Positions 9,833 through 19,200 of a stretch of 64,000 bases of DNA are shown piece by piece. Numbering within the stretch: the first letter of the stretch is position 1; every line of letters begins with the position of its first letter. Both the position numbers and the translations under genes were made by a program. Below the pieces are notes generated by a model. The model was given only the letters and a program-made list of their open reading frames with translations. It made no database searches and was not told the DNA's origin. This stretch comes from Caldisericota bacterium (GTDB lineage: Bacteria > Caldisericota > Caldisericia > JAAYUI01): the NCBI GenBank assembly GCA_029548865.1, contig JAKPMO010000004.1:1-64000 (forward strand), in the 5' to 3' direction.

Positions 9833-10146
9833 TTCTGGTCCTTCGGAAGGATTCTCGGGTCAGGAAGGAAGAACCTTTTTCCTGAAGACACAACCATGCC
9901 CAGGTTTTTTGTGGCATATTCCTTTATTTCGCCAAGAGAAAGCATTTCCTTGCGCTTCTGGTTCAGGTCAGCCAGCTCCCTCTGGAGCTGTTCCTTGAGG
10001 TCAATTTTTTTGGCGATTTCGGTTTCCAGCTTGACTGCCTGCATATGGTTCGAGAAATACATCCATATCCACCACACTGCGAAAATTATTGCAATAAATA
10101 AAAGCACCCTTCTGCTTTTTTTGTTCTTCTTTTTCTTCTTAGCCAC
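9829..10146 (-). CDS. ftsL: FtsL-like cell division protein
   Basis: Basic N-tail, one TM, coiled coil, ATKNLGMV; between rsmH and ftsI. Confidence 0.7.
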   Translation of the reverse strand: MAKKKKKNKKSRRVLLFIAIIFAVWWIWMYFSNHMQAVKLETEIAKKIDLKEQLQRELADLNQKRKEMLSLGEIKEYATKNLGMVVSSGKRFFLPDPRILPKDQK

Positions 10147-11029
10147 CCTTCCTCCTGATGGCCCTCATCTTGGCAGAGCGTGAAGCTGGGTTCGCTTCAA
10201 TTTCTTCTTCGGAGGGACACAAAGGTTTCTTTGTGAGGATTTCAAACCCTTTGTCCGCGGCATTTTTGAAGGCGTTTTTTACGATCCTGTCCTCCAGGGA
10301 GTGGTAGGAGATCACAACCAGAGTTCCGTCCCAGCCAAGCAGGTCAAGGCATTTTGGGATTGCCTCTTCAAGGCTTTCCAGCTCCTGGTTTACCAAAATC
10401 CTGAGCGCCTGAAAAGTCCTCGTGGCAGGGTTGATTCTACCGGACCTTGGTACAACGGAGCTGATTATCTTGACCAGCTGGCCTGTTGTATTTATTGGTT
10501 CCTTCTCCCTGGTGTTGATAATTGCCCTCGCTATTTTTCCGGCGAACCTCTCCTCGCCGTATTCGCTTATGGCCCTGGCCAGCTCTTCGAATTTGATCCT
10601 CGAGAGTATCGAGTATGCCGGCTCACCCCTGTTTATATCAAGCCTCATATCCAGTGGCTGGTCTTCCATGAACGTGATGCCTCTCTTTTCACCCTTGAGA
10701 TGGGCCATTGAAATGCCAAGATCCATGAGGATGCCATCAGAGTTTGTAACGTTAGTCAGAGATGCCGCTTTATCTATATCGGTGAAATTTGTGTGGACGA
10801 ACCATGTGCGACCCTCAAACTCTTTGAATCTCTCTTTTGCCACCATGAGCATGTTGAGGTCGAGGTCCATGCAGACTGTTTTTGAATTGGGTGATGCCTT
10901 AAGAATGGCCTCTGAGTGGCCTCCTTCACCACATGTGCAATCAAAATATACTCCCCCTCTTTCGGGGCGAAGGAAAGCCATTGCTTCAGGGAGCATGACC
11001 GGGGTGTGATGGTATTCTCCCTGTCCCAA
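10139..11029 (-). CDS. rsmH: 16S rRNA m4C1402 methyltransferase; start uncertain (TTG 11029 or ATG 11065)
   Basis: HTPVM, DCTCGEGGHS, DLGIS, PLDMR, TRTFQALRI, SYHSLEDR, NPASRSAKMR. Confidence 0.93.
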   Translation of the reverse strand: MGQGEYHHTPVMLPEAMAFLRPERGGVYFDCTCGEGGHSEAILKASPNSKTVCMDLDLNMLMVAKERFKEFEGRTWFVHTNFTDIDKAASLTNVTNSDGILMDLGISMAHLKGEKRGITFMEDQPLDMRLDINRGEPAYSILSRIKFEELARAISEYGEERFAGKIARAIINTREKEPINTTGQLVKIISSVVPRSGRINPATRTFQALRILVNQELESLEEAIPKCLDLLGWDGTLVVISYHSLEDRIVKNAFKNAADKGFEILTKKPLCPSEEEIEANPASRSAKMRAIRRKGG

Positions 11030-11340
11030 GCGGGTTGTAAGCCGGGTTCTGTCGTGGGCAATCATTTCTCTGGGCGGCCTACCCGAGGAGACGGACGAGC
11101 AGCCCTTGACCTCCTCCTATTTGGCCTTGCTCCGGGTGGGGTTTACATGGCCATCCGGTCGCCCGGATGCCGGTGGGCCCTTGCCCCGCCATTTCACCCT
11201 TACGCCCTTTTGGGGCGCGGTATATTTTCTGTTGCACTTTCCTTAAGCTTGCGCTTACTGGGCTTGCGCCCAGCACCCTGCTCTGCGGAGCCCGGACTTT
11301 CCTCGAGGCACTAAACCCCGCGATTGCCTGCCCGCTTGAG
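11025..11340 (-). ncRNA. rnpB: RNase P RNA (type A-like, lacking P18)
   Basis: GAGGAAAGUCCGGGC and ACAGAACCCGGCUUA (P4), AGUGCAACAGAA, GGUGAAA, GAGCAAGGCCAAAUAG; P1 CUCAAGCGGG/CCCGCUUGGG; P2 GGCAAUCG/UGAUUGCC. Confidence 0.96.
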
Positions 11341-11349
11341 ACATTCAAC

Positions 11350-11377
11350 ATAATACCACCCATCCTGAGTTTTTCAA
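11350..11377 (-). promoter_or_regulatory. Sigma70-type promoter of rnpB
   Basis: TTGAAA-16 nt-TATTAT with extended -10 TG, about 10 nt upstream of P1. Confidence 0.7.
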
Positions 11378-12033
11378 CGAATAATTCCTTCAATTGCGCT
11401 GGAGAAATCCTGAAAGAAACTTTCGCTGTAGCCGCTTTGTATCTTGTTGATTGTTCCATCTGGGGAAAGCAGTATGTAGTGAGGATACCCCTTTACGCCA
11501 AACTGGGCTGAAACCTGTCCATTCTCATCGAGAAGGAAGGGCCATGGAGCAGATTCCTCATCTTTGTAGCTTTTGACGACATTCAGAGGCTCGTTGACGT
11601 CAATAGCGAAAAATTGGACTGTGCTTCCATATTTCTGGAACAGTTTTTTCATGTCCGGGGCCTGTTTTTTGCACCAGCCGCACCACGATGCTGTGAAGTC
11701 CAAAAATACTGGTCTTCCACCATGATCGGATAGTTTGTGTGTCGTTCCCTCGGTGTCCTTGAGCGTGAAATCGGTGGCTTTTGGTGAAAATTTTGATGGA
11801 TCAAGCTTTGGGAGCACTGAAACCGGATTGCCTGTTGGTGTTGCTTTTCCGTTTTGTCCATTACTGAGCGCGATTGCCAAGACGATACTGCCAACCAGGA
11901 TGATTGACCCGATGAGTATTGTCCAGAACCTGAAGCTGTTTGCTTTTTGCGATTGTTTTTTGGTTTTTGAAATAGTTTTCACTGGTTTTGCTGATGCTGT
12001 TTTGGTCCCTGGCGGGTTGTATTTGTGTTTCAC
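11374..12033 (-). CDS. Membrane-anchored TlpA/ResA-like thiol-disulfide oxidoreductase
   Basis: TM helix, ATDFTL, FTASWCGWC (CxxC), GYP cis-Pro; GTG at 12033 after GGAG. Confidence 0.85.
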   Translation of the reverse strand: MKHKYNPPGTKTASAKPVKTISKTKKQSQKANSFRFWTILIGSIILVGSIVLAIALSNGQNGKATPTGNPVSVLPKLDPSKFSPKATDFTLKDTEGTTHKLSDHGGRPVFLDFTASWCGWCKKQAPDMKKLFQKYGSTVQFFAIDVNEPLNVVKSYKDEESAPWPFLLDENGQVSAQFGVKGYPHYILLSPDGTINKIQSGYSESFFQDFSSAIEGIIR

Positions 12034-12034
12034 G

Positions 12035-13309
12035 TTATCTCTCCAGAACTGAAATGTCGCCTGATGTTGTTGAAATGTCAAGCGAACCTCTCCCATCGCC
12101 AAACATGAATCCGTTTGCAGATTCTGTCCTTCTCAAGCCTGAGAGATTGATGTCGCCACTTGTTGATGAGCACTCACCCTTTATCGATGCCTGTTTTCCA
12201 AGCCCGACTGATACATCCCCAGATATAGAAGAAATCTTTGAAGAGCTAGAGCTTGAGTTGAATTCCCCGATCATTATGTCGCCTGATGTTGTTGAGATGG
12301 ACATCATGCTGCCCACCGATTCTACCTTTACATCCCCAGAGATCGTTTTTATTTCTATCTTTCCGGCATTTTTTGCACTTATGTCACCTGAAGTGGTTTT
12401 TATTGTCCCGTTTTCGAATGAATTAACAACGACTAAGCCTGATATTGTTGTTGCTGTGAGTTCTCCAGTAGTCCCTTCCATTCTGATATTTCCGGAACCT
12501 GTTTCAACCCTCATGTTTTTTGCTGATCCTATGTTTATGGAGCCAGAAACCGTCTTGAATTCAAAATTCTGGTCAAGGTTTTTTGTCTTGATCGAATAGT
12601 TTGTGAGACCAGCAAAGTCAAGGCCACCCTTCCAGTCGTCCTGTATTTCGATTGAACCCTGGGTGCCCCTGAAGATGCATACTGTTGTTTCCGGGACTTG
12701 AACCTCCATCTTTATTTTCATATCTACATCGATTTTTTCAGGTTCCTTGACTGTAAGGCTCCCGTCAAAGTCAGTTATCATGGCGAGTTTTGCTTCGCCA
12801 TTGATCTTTGATCTGGGCATGATGTCATATTTTATTGAAACTGCCGTTGATTTCTTGAGTATGATGGAGGCATTTTTTATCCTGGGTGAAGACATGTCGA
12901 ATACGATTGCCTTTGATGCAGGATCAAGTTTCTCTGAGTAAGATTTTGTCTCGGCCGGTGTGAAGTCAAAAATATTGATGTTCCATTCCCCCCAATAATT
13001 TGACCAGGAGGTTGGGTTTTCTGGCACGGTAAGGAATTTTCTTACCGATGTGCCGGCAGGCCCGTTGGTGGATGCAATTATCGCCAGAACAAGAAAAATG
13101 GAAAAAATCACTGAACCGATATAGCCAAGGTTGTAATTGCGAAGGATCATGTCCAGACCGACTGTGATTATTATCAACGGCCAGAATTTGATAAAATATG
13201 CCAGATAGCCAAAATCCACCACTCCTGTATTTCCCAAAAGTATGTACAACCCAATAATGATGATATTGAGACCAAGCATTATCTTTGATATATCCACTTT
13301 GTAATCCAT
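12035..13309 (-). CDS. Membrane protein: LiaF/DUF5668-like TM region plus DUF4097 beta-strand repeats
   Basis: Three N-terminal TMs with FWPLIII..GL; repeated T(T/I)SGD(I/V) units at C-terminus. Confidence 0.72.
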   Translation of the reverse strand: MDYKVDISKIMLGLNIIIIGLYILLGNTGVVDFGYLAYFIKFWPLIIITVGLDMILRNYNLGYIGSVIFSIFLVLAIIASTNGPAGTSVRKFLTVPENPTSWSNYWGEWNINIFDFTPAETKSYSEKLDPASKAIVFDMSSPRIKNASIILKKSTAVSIKYDIMPRSKINGEAKLAMITDFDGSLTVKEPEKIDVDMKIKMEVQVPETTVCIFRGTQGSIEIQDDWKGGLDFAGLTNYSIKTKNLDQNFEFKTVSGSINIGSAKNMRVETGSGNIRMEGTTGELTATTISGLVVVNSFENGTIKTTSGDISAKNAGKIEIKTISGDVKVESVGSMMSISTTSGDIMIGEFNSSSSSSKISSISGDVSVGLGKQASIKGECSSTSGDINLSGLRRTESANGFMFGDGRGSLDISTTSGDISVLER

Positions 13310-13312
13310 TTA

Positions 13313-15229
13313 TTAGTCCTCCATTTTTATTATTTTGGGTATCTTTACAATGAATGTGGTCCCATTTTCATCTGATGTGAAAGAAATTGATCCACCGTGG
13401 GATTTGACAATCTGATCACAAATCGAAAGTCCCAGGCCGGTGCCAGATGCCTTTGTGGTGAAGAATGGCGCAAAAATGTTTGCTGCATCCTGCTCGCTGA
13501 TACCCATGCCGGTGTCTCTTACTTCAATGTGGAACCATTCCCCGCTTTCACCTGTTTTGAGGGAAAGTGTGCCACCTTCTGGCATCGCATCCTTTGCGTT
13601 TAGAATGAGGTTCAGGATGACCTGGTGGAACCTCTTTTCATCAACATTGGCAATGACGCCAGGCCTGCATTCTTTTGAAATCCTTACACCAGCCTCGGTG
13701 AGCTTGTTTGCCTGGCCTGCCAGGACATCATTCACAAGTTTGCTGAGATCGACCTCTTTCCTTTTGATCGGTCCGGGTCTTGATGATTCAAGAAGATCAG
13801 TGATGAGGATTTCGAGCCTTTCGACTTCTTTCATTACCGGAGAGAGGTACCTTGATTCGTCACGGTCCTTTAGTTTGCGCTCAAGCAGCTGGACAAAGCC
13901 TTTTATTGAGGTGAGGGGGTTTCTGACTTCATGGGCGATACCCATTGTGAACAGGCCGAGTCTTGCAAGGGAAGCGTCTCTTTCTGTTTCAAGGGTGTTG
14001 ACCACGCTTTCTGTTACATCCTGAATTGCAAGGATGGCCTCGTTTTCTTGCGCCATCTGGACTGGAACGACCCTCATATTGACGTATCTTGTCTCGTTTG
14101 ATCCTCTTACTTTTACGGAACCGGAACTCCACACAGAACCTGATTTTATTGCCTTTTCAACCTCCGATTTGGCAATTTCACCAGGTTCCCCTATTGCACT
14201 AATATCAGATCCAATGATTTCCTGTTTTGTTTTCTTAGCTATTTTTAATGATGATGGGTTTGCCTGAATTATCTTCATGTCTGAGCCAACAACCATGATA
14301 CCTGTGTTTACGGAATCCAGGACCCTCTCCGACCTGCTCTTTGATTTCATGAGGTCGATAGCCAGTTTGTTTGCTGCGTCGGCTATGTCGCCAAGCTCGC
14401 CTGAAACATGTGGGACTGGTTTTGTGAGGTCAAGCGCAAGATTGCCGATGCCCCTTTTGACTGAGATAATCCTTGAGGATATGCTCAATCCGAGAAGGAT
14501 CGCACAAAATACTCCAACAATCAGGGTTATCCAGATCCAGTTACCGATTGATTTCTCGATTGCTCCTATGTCTTCGTCCATCCGCTCGTATGATTGCGAG
14601 GCGTAGACAAGCATTATTGGTGGTTCCCATCCACTTTTATCAGTCTCGAGCATATAGTCTGTCCCGAGTGCTGAACCAATGGCTGAGGAGCCATCCTTGG
14701 AAGGTTTTTTTGTGGTTGTTATATATGGATTTATTTCTGGGAGTACCGAGTTTTGCCATTTTATGTAGGGCGGGAATGCAAGCGAAAGTTTTACAAGCCT
14801 TGGGTACCAGCTGTTTTTGTAGCTGTTTGAGCTGCCTATTAGTGCTTTCCCGTCAAAAGAGTTGTCCAGACAAACGAAACCAAAAGAAGATGACTCATAG
14901 GAGCTGGCCCTTATTGCGGCAAGGTCGCCAATTAAGGTTGGCGAGAGCCTTTTGATGTGTATTATGAGGCCATCTTTTGTTGGTTTTTGCTTTATTGTCT
15001 TCTGATACTGGTCATAATTGGCGATAAGGGCATCTATTTTCCCATCAAAATCGGCAGGTATTTTTGAAACGATGTCTGATAATTTTTCTGAACGCTCGGT
15101 TTCAAGGGTCTTTTTTGATTGGCTGGATGCTATATATCTGAAAACAAGGGCTCCGGCAATAATGAACAGAACAAGAAAAAATACGACCTGGAATCTTATC
15201 GAGCTAAGAAGCTTTGAAATCGCTTTTAT
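13313..15229 (-). CDS. Sensor histidine kinase (TM-extracytoplasmic-TM-HAMP-PAS-HisKA-HATPase), probable ATA start
   Basis: AHEVRNPL H-box, NLILNA, DTGMG, FFTTK, GTGLGL; frame open 192 codons upstream of ATG 14653, including a first TM; GGAGGT 6 nt before ATA at 15229. Confidence 0.85.
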   Translation of the reverse strand: MKAISKLLSSIRFQVVFFLVLFIIAGALVFRYIASSQSKKTLETERSEKLSDIVSKIPADFDGKIDALIANYDQYQKTIKQKPTKDGLIIHIKRLSPTLIGDLAAIRASSYESSSFGFVCLDNSFDGKALIGSSNSYKNSWYPRLVKLSLAFPPYIKWQNSVLPEINPYITTTKKPSKDGSSAIGSALGTDYMLETDKSGWEPPIMLVYASQSYERMDEDIGAIEKSIGNWIWITLIVGVFCAILLGLSISSRIISVKRGIGNLALDLTKPVPHVSGELGDIADAANKLAIDLMKSKSRSERVLDSVNTGIMVVGSDMKIIQANPSSLKIAKKTKQEIIGSDISAIGEPGEIAKSEVEKAIKSGSVWSSGSVKVRGSNETRYVNMRVVPVQMAQENEAILAIQDVTESVVNTLETERDASLARLGLFTMGIAHEVRNPLTSIKGFVQLLERKLKDRDESRYLSPVMKEVERLEILITDLLESSRPGPIKRKEVDLSKLVNDVLAGQANKLTEAGVRISKECRPGVIANVDEKRFHQVILNLILNAKDAMPEGGTLSLKTGESGEWFHIEVRDTGMGISEQDAANIFAPFFTTKASGTGLGLSICDQIVKSHGGSISFTSDENGTTFIVKIPKIIKMED

Positions 15230-16239
15230 TCCAGCACCTCCAAAAGCCTGATCCAGTCACCAGTGACTGTTTTGAGTGACCCAACCGCGTCTTTGAGTGG
15301 GACTTTTATAATCTCGTTGCCCCTGAGTGCGGCCATTATACCGCAATCCCCTGAGAGGAGCCATTCCATGGCCGCTATCCCGGCCCTTATTCCGAGCATC
15401 CTGTCAAAGAGTGTTGGCGGACCACCCCTTTCGATGTGCCCAAGCTTTGCAGAGCGGGTCTCGATCCCTGTTCTTTTACCAATTTCTTCGGCTAGCTTTT
15501 CGCCAACATCCTGTTTTGCCAGATTGGTATGTCCAAATTCGTCAGTCTCTGATTGGCCAGATGCAAGCTCAACGCCTTCCGAAACAACCACAATGGCATA
15601 GCCCCTTTCTGCATGGGCCTTTGAAACCTTGGAACAAATTTCGTCCCAGCTCCATTTTCTTTCCGGAATCATTGTGTAGTCTGCGTAAGCTGATATTCCT
15701 GTGTAAAGTGCCACCCATCCCGCGTGCCTTCCCATGACTTCGAGAACAAGGGCCCTTCCATGGGATTTTGCCGTATCACGCAGCCTCATTGCGGCATCCA
15801 TTCCAACTGTTGCTGCAGAATCGAATCCGAATGTTGAGTCTGTTCCCGAGAGATCATTGTCCATGGTTTTTGGCACACCAACCACCGGAAGGCCAATATC
15901 ATAAAGTTTTGATGCCACTCCAAGCGTGTCTTCGCCCCCAGCGGCCACAAGGCCGTCAAGCGAAAGCGATTCAAAAGTCTTTTTTACTGCATCGACGCCG
16001 CCCTCTCTTTTGAACGGGTTTGTTCTTGAGGTGCGAAGGATAGTTCCTCCATGGCCCACTATGTCTTCAATAGCTTTACGATTGAGTTCGATGAAATTTC
16101 CCTCGATCATGCCCTTCCAGCCCTCGAGGATGCCAAATACTTTATATCCCTCTTTCAAGGCCCTTGTTGTTGCGCCGTATATTGCGGGGTTGAGCCCTGG
16201 GCAATCGCCACCGCCTGTCAGTATGGCCACTTTTTTCAT
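15226..16239 (-). CDS. pfkA: 6-phosphofructokinase, group III, probably PPi-dependent
   Basis: TGGGDCPGLN, GGTIL, GGEDT, PKTMDND, EVMGRHAGW; ATG 16239 after GAGGTGG. Confidence 0.9.
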   Translation of the reverse strand: MKKVAILTGGGDCPGLNPAIYGATTRALKEGYKVFGILEGWKGMIEGNFIELNRKAIEDIVGHGGTILRTSRTNPFKREGGVDAVKKTFESLSLDGLVAAGGEDTLGVASKLYDIGLPVVGVPKTMDNDLSGTDSTFGFDSAATVGMDAAMRLRDTAKSHGRALVLEVMGRHAGWVALYTGISAYADYTMIPERKWSWDEICSKVSKAHAERGYAIVVVSEGVELASGQSETDEFGHTNLAKQDVGEKLAEEIGKRTGIETRSAKLGHIERGGPPTLFDRMLGIRAGIAAMEWLLSGDCGIMAALRGNEIIKVPLKDAVGSLKTVTGDWIRLLEVLE

Positions 16240-16249
16240 CTTCACCACC

Positions 16250-19200
16250 TCAATTTTTTGAAAGCCAAACCTGGTTTGGGCCAACCAGCTCCTTGAAAGC
16301 TGGTATGACCGAATGGTCTGCGATCCAGCATTCTTTGTCTGTCTCCATCCTTATTTTCTGCCCGCCCTTGGCCAGGAACAGCACAAGGGGGTTTTGCCCG
16401 TTACCCTTTGACATTGCCAGCTTCTTTATCTTTTCAAGGAGGTGGTACTGGGTTTCAAGGTTCACCTGGACATTTATTACAAACGTTTCATCACCTTTTG
16501 AAACCTGAATGTCGGAAGTGTTTATCGTTTTTATGTATTCCTCAGCGATAATCTTTGGTTGGCCTTCCTTGCTCTCGACTTTCCCCCTTATCATCACTAT
16601 TCCTTCGTCCTCAAGGTGGTCAGAGAGTGTCTCGTAAGCCTTTCCAAATGCCGTTATAGAGCATATTCCAGTCAAGTCTTCAAGGGTGCATGTGGAAATC
16701 GGGTTGCCTTTTTTTGATTTTGCCCTCCTGAAGCTTGTGATTATCCCAAGAATGACGATTGAGCTTCCCTCTTCAACCTCTCCCAGCGCGGCAATGTCGG
16801 TATGGTCGATTGTAGCAATGTATTTTTCATAGGGTCTCATCGGGTGATCCGACATGTAGAAACCCATTATTTCTTTTTCCATCGCCAGTATTTCTTCTTT
16901 TGGTGTTGGTGGTTCTTCTTCCTGCTTCTGTGGGGCGAAAAGCGAGAATGCCATTTGCCCGCCACCGTTTGAGAATTTTTTTAACAGATGGCCCCTGTCT
17001 TCGTTGAAGGCGTCAAATACGCCCGCTTTTATGAGACTCTCAATGACCTTTTTGTTGGCCTTGCTTCCTTCGCACCTCTTCTGGAAGTCCTCAAAGTTCT
17101 TGAAAGGACCGCCAGATTTTCTTTCGGCAATGATGGCCTCGACGGCCACTTCACCGACATTTTTAAGGGCACCGAGCCCATACCTGATTGCTTCTCCTTC
17201 GACTTCAAATGTCCATTCAGATTTGTTTATGTCGGGTGGAAGAACATTGAGGCCCGATTTCCTGCATTCCTCATACATTTCCTTGATTCTGTCTTCGTTA
17301 CCGACATATGAGGTGAGAATAGCCGTGTAATATTCAAGTTTGTAATGTGTTTTTAGATAGGCTGTTTTATATGCAAGCAGCCCGTAGCATGTCGAATGAG
17401 CCCTGTTAAAACCGTATCCTGCAAAAGGCTCGATGAATTTAAACACCTCTTCTGCTATTTGAGGATTTTTGCCGTTCTGGGACGCCCTCTCGATAAAAAG
17501 GCGCTTTTGTTCGGCAAGGAGCTCAGGGATTTTTTTTGCAACAGCTTTTCTGAGAATATCACCCTGGCCAAGTGTGAAACCTGCAAAATCCCTTGCTATC
17601 TGGATGACCTGTTCTTGATATACGGCCACGCCGTAGGTCCCCTCAAGGATTGGCTCAAGGCACGGATCAAGATATTTTGTAACAACTTCACCATGCTTAC
17701 CTCCGATGAATTGGGGTATGAACTCCATCGGGCCCGGTCTGTAGAGCGCCACCATGGCTATGATGTCCTGTATTACGGTTGGTTTGAGCTCCCTCAGGTA
17801 GCGCCTCATACCAGAGGATTCAAGCTGGAAAACACCCATCGTGTCGCCAGACTGGAGCGTTTGATAGGTGGCCTGATCATCAAGCGGAACCTTGTCAATG
17901 TCCAGTTTTTCTCCAGTTTTTTTGCCTATCGTTTCGCAGGCGTTGTTTATTACAGAAATATTTCTTAGGCCGAGGAAGTCTACCTTTAGTATTCCAAGCT
18001 CCTCAACGGCATTTTTTTCGAATTGTGTGACGCGTTTTCCTTCTTTATCAAGCTGAAGTGGGACATAACAGTAAAGGGGCTTGTCAGCCATTACGACGCC
18101 TGCGGCATGGGTGGAGAAATTGCGCACGACGCCTTCAAGTCTTTTTGCGACCTCAAAAAGTTTTTTGGTTTGGTCGTTTTGCTGCTGGATTTCCCTTAGC
18201 TGTGGAACACCGGCAAGGGCCTCTTCCAGCTCAGCCCCGAATGGAATAAGTTTTGCTATCTTGTCCATGTCACCATAGCTGAAGCCGAGCGCTCTTCCAA
18301 CGTCCCTGATTACTCCCCTGGCCTCCATTCGGCCGAATGTGGCAACCTGGGCAACAGAATCCTCGCCGTATTTTTGGGTTACATACTTTATAACCCTGTC
18401 CCTTTTTGTATCGTCAAAATCGATGTCAAAGTCAGGTGGTGAGATTCGGTCGGGGTTCAGGAACCTCTCAAAAAACAGTCCGTATTCAAGAGGGTTTACA
18501 TCAGTTATGTTGAGACAATAAGAAACAAGCGATGCTGCGCCTGAGCCTCTGCCTGGGCCAACGCCAACATCGTGGTCTTTTGCGTATTTTATGAAGTCCC
18601 AGACGACCAGGAAATAGTCAACAAAACCTGTCTGGTCGATTATCCTCATCTCATAATCGAGCCTGTTCCTGATGTCCTGGGAAATGGCACAACCAAATCT
18701 CCAGCTTGCACCCTTGTTTACAAGGTCCCAAAGAAATTGCTTGTGTGCCTCCGGATCGTCATTACCAATATCGGTAAATTTTGGCGGGTGGGGTTTCCCC
18801 AGCTCGATTGTGACATTGCATCGATCGGCTATTTCCAGGGTATTTGTGACCGCCTCGGGTATCCATTTGAATAGCTCCTGCATTTGCCCAGGGGTCTTGA
18901 GATAAAACTCGTCATTGGCGAATTTCATCCTGTCAGGGTCATCCTGCTTCGAAAGCGTCTGAATACAGAGAAGGATGTCATGGGCCTCGGCATCGGCGTG
19001 TTCAAGGTAATGGGCGTCCTGTGTTGCAACAACCGGCAGTTCGAAGTTTTTTGCCAGCTCGATGAGTTTCGGCATTACGCTGACTTCTTCCTTCAGCCCG
19101 TGGTCCTGAAGTTCGACCCAGAGCCTGTTGTTAAAAATCTCCTTGTATGTGCCGAGAGCTTTTTTGGCACCTTCCTCGTCGTCCAGCAGGAGTTTTTCAG

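Noticed and set aside
10916..11511. ORFs 10916-11314 (+), 11079-11459 (-) and 11167-11511 (+)
   Set aside because: They overlie the RNase P RNA gene and show no protein motifs
12050..12560. Recurring ATGTCGCCTGATGTTGTTGA-like DNA repeats
   Set aside because: They encode TTSGDI protein repeats; degenerate and irregularly spaced, not CRISPR
14654..15225. Apparent 570-nt intergenic gap as ncRNA or frameshifted pseudogene
   Set aside because: Manual translation shows it is in frame with the kinase and stop-free
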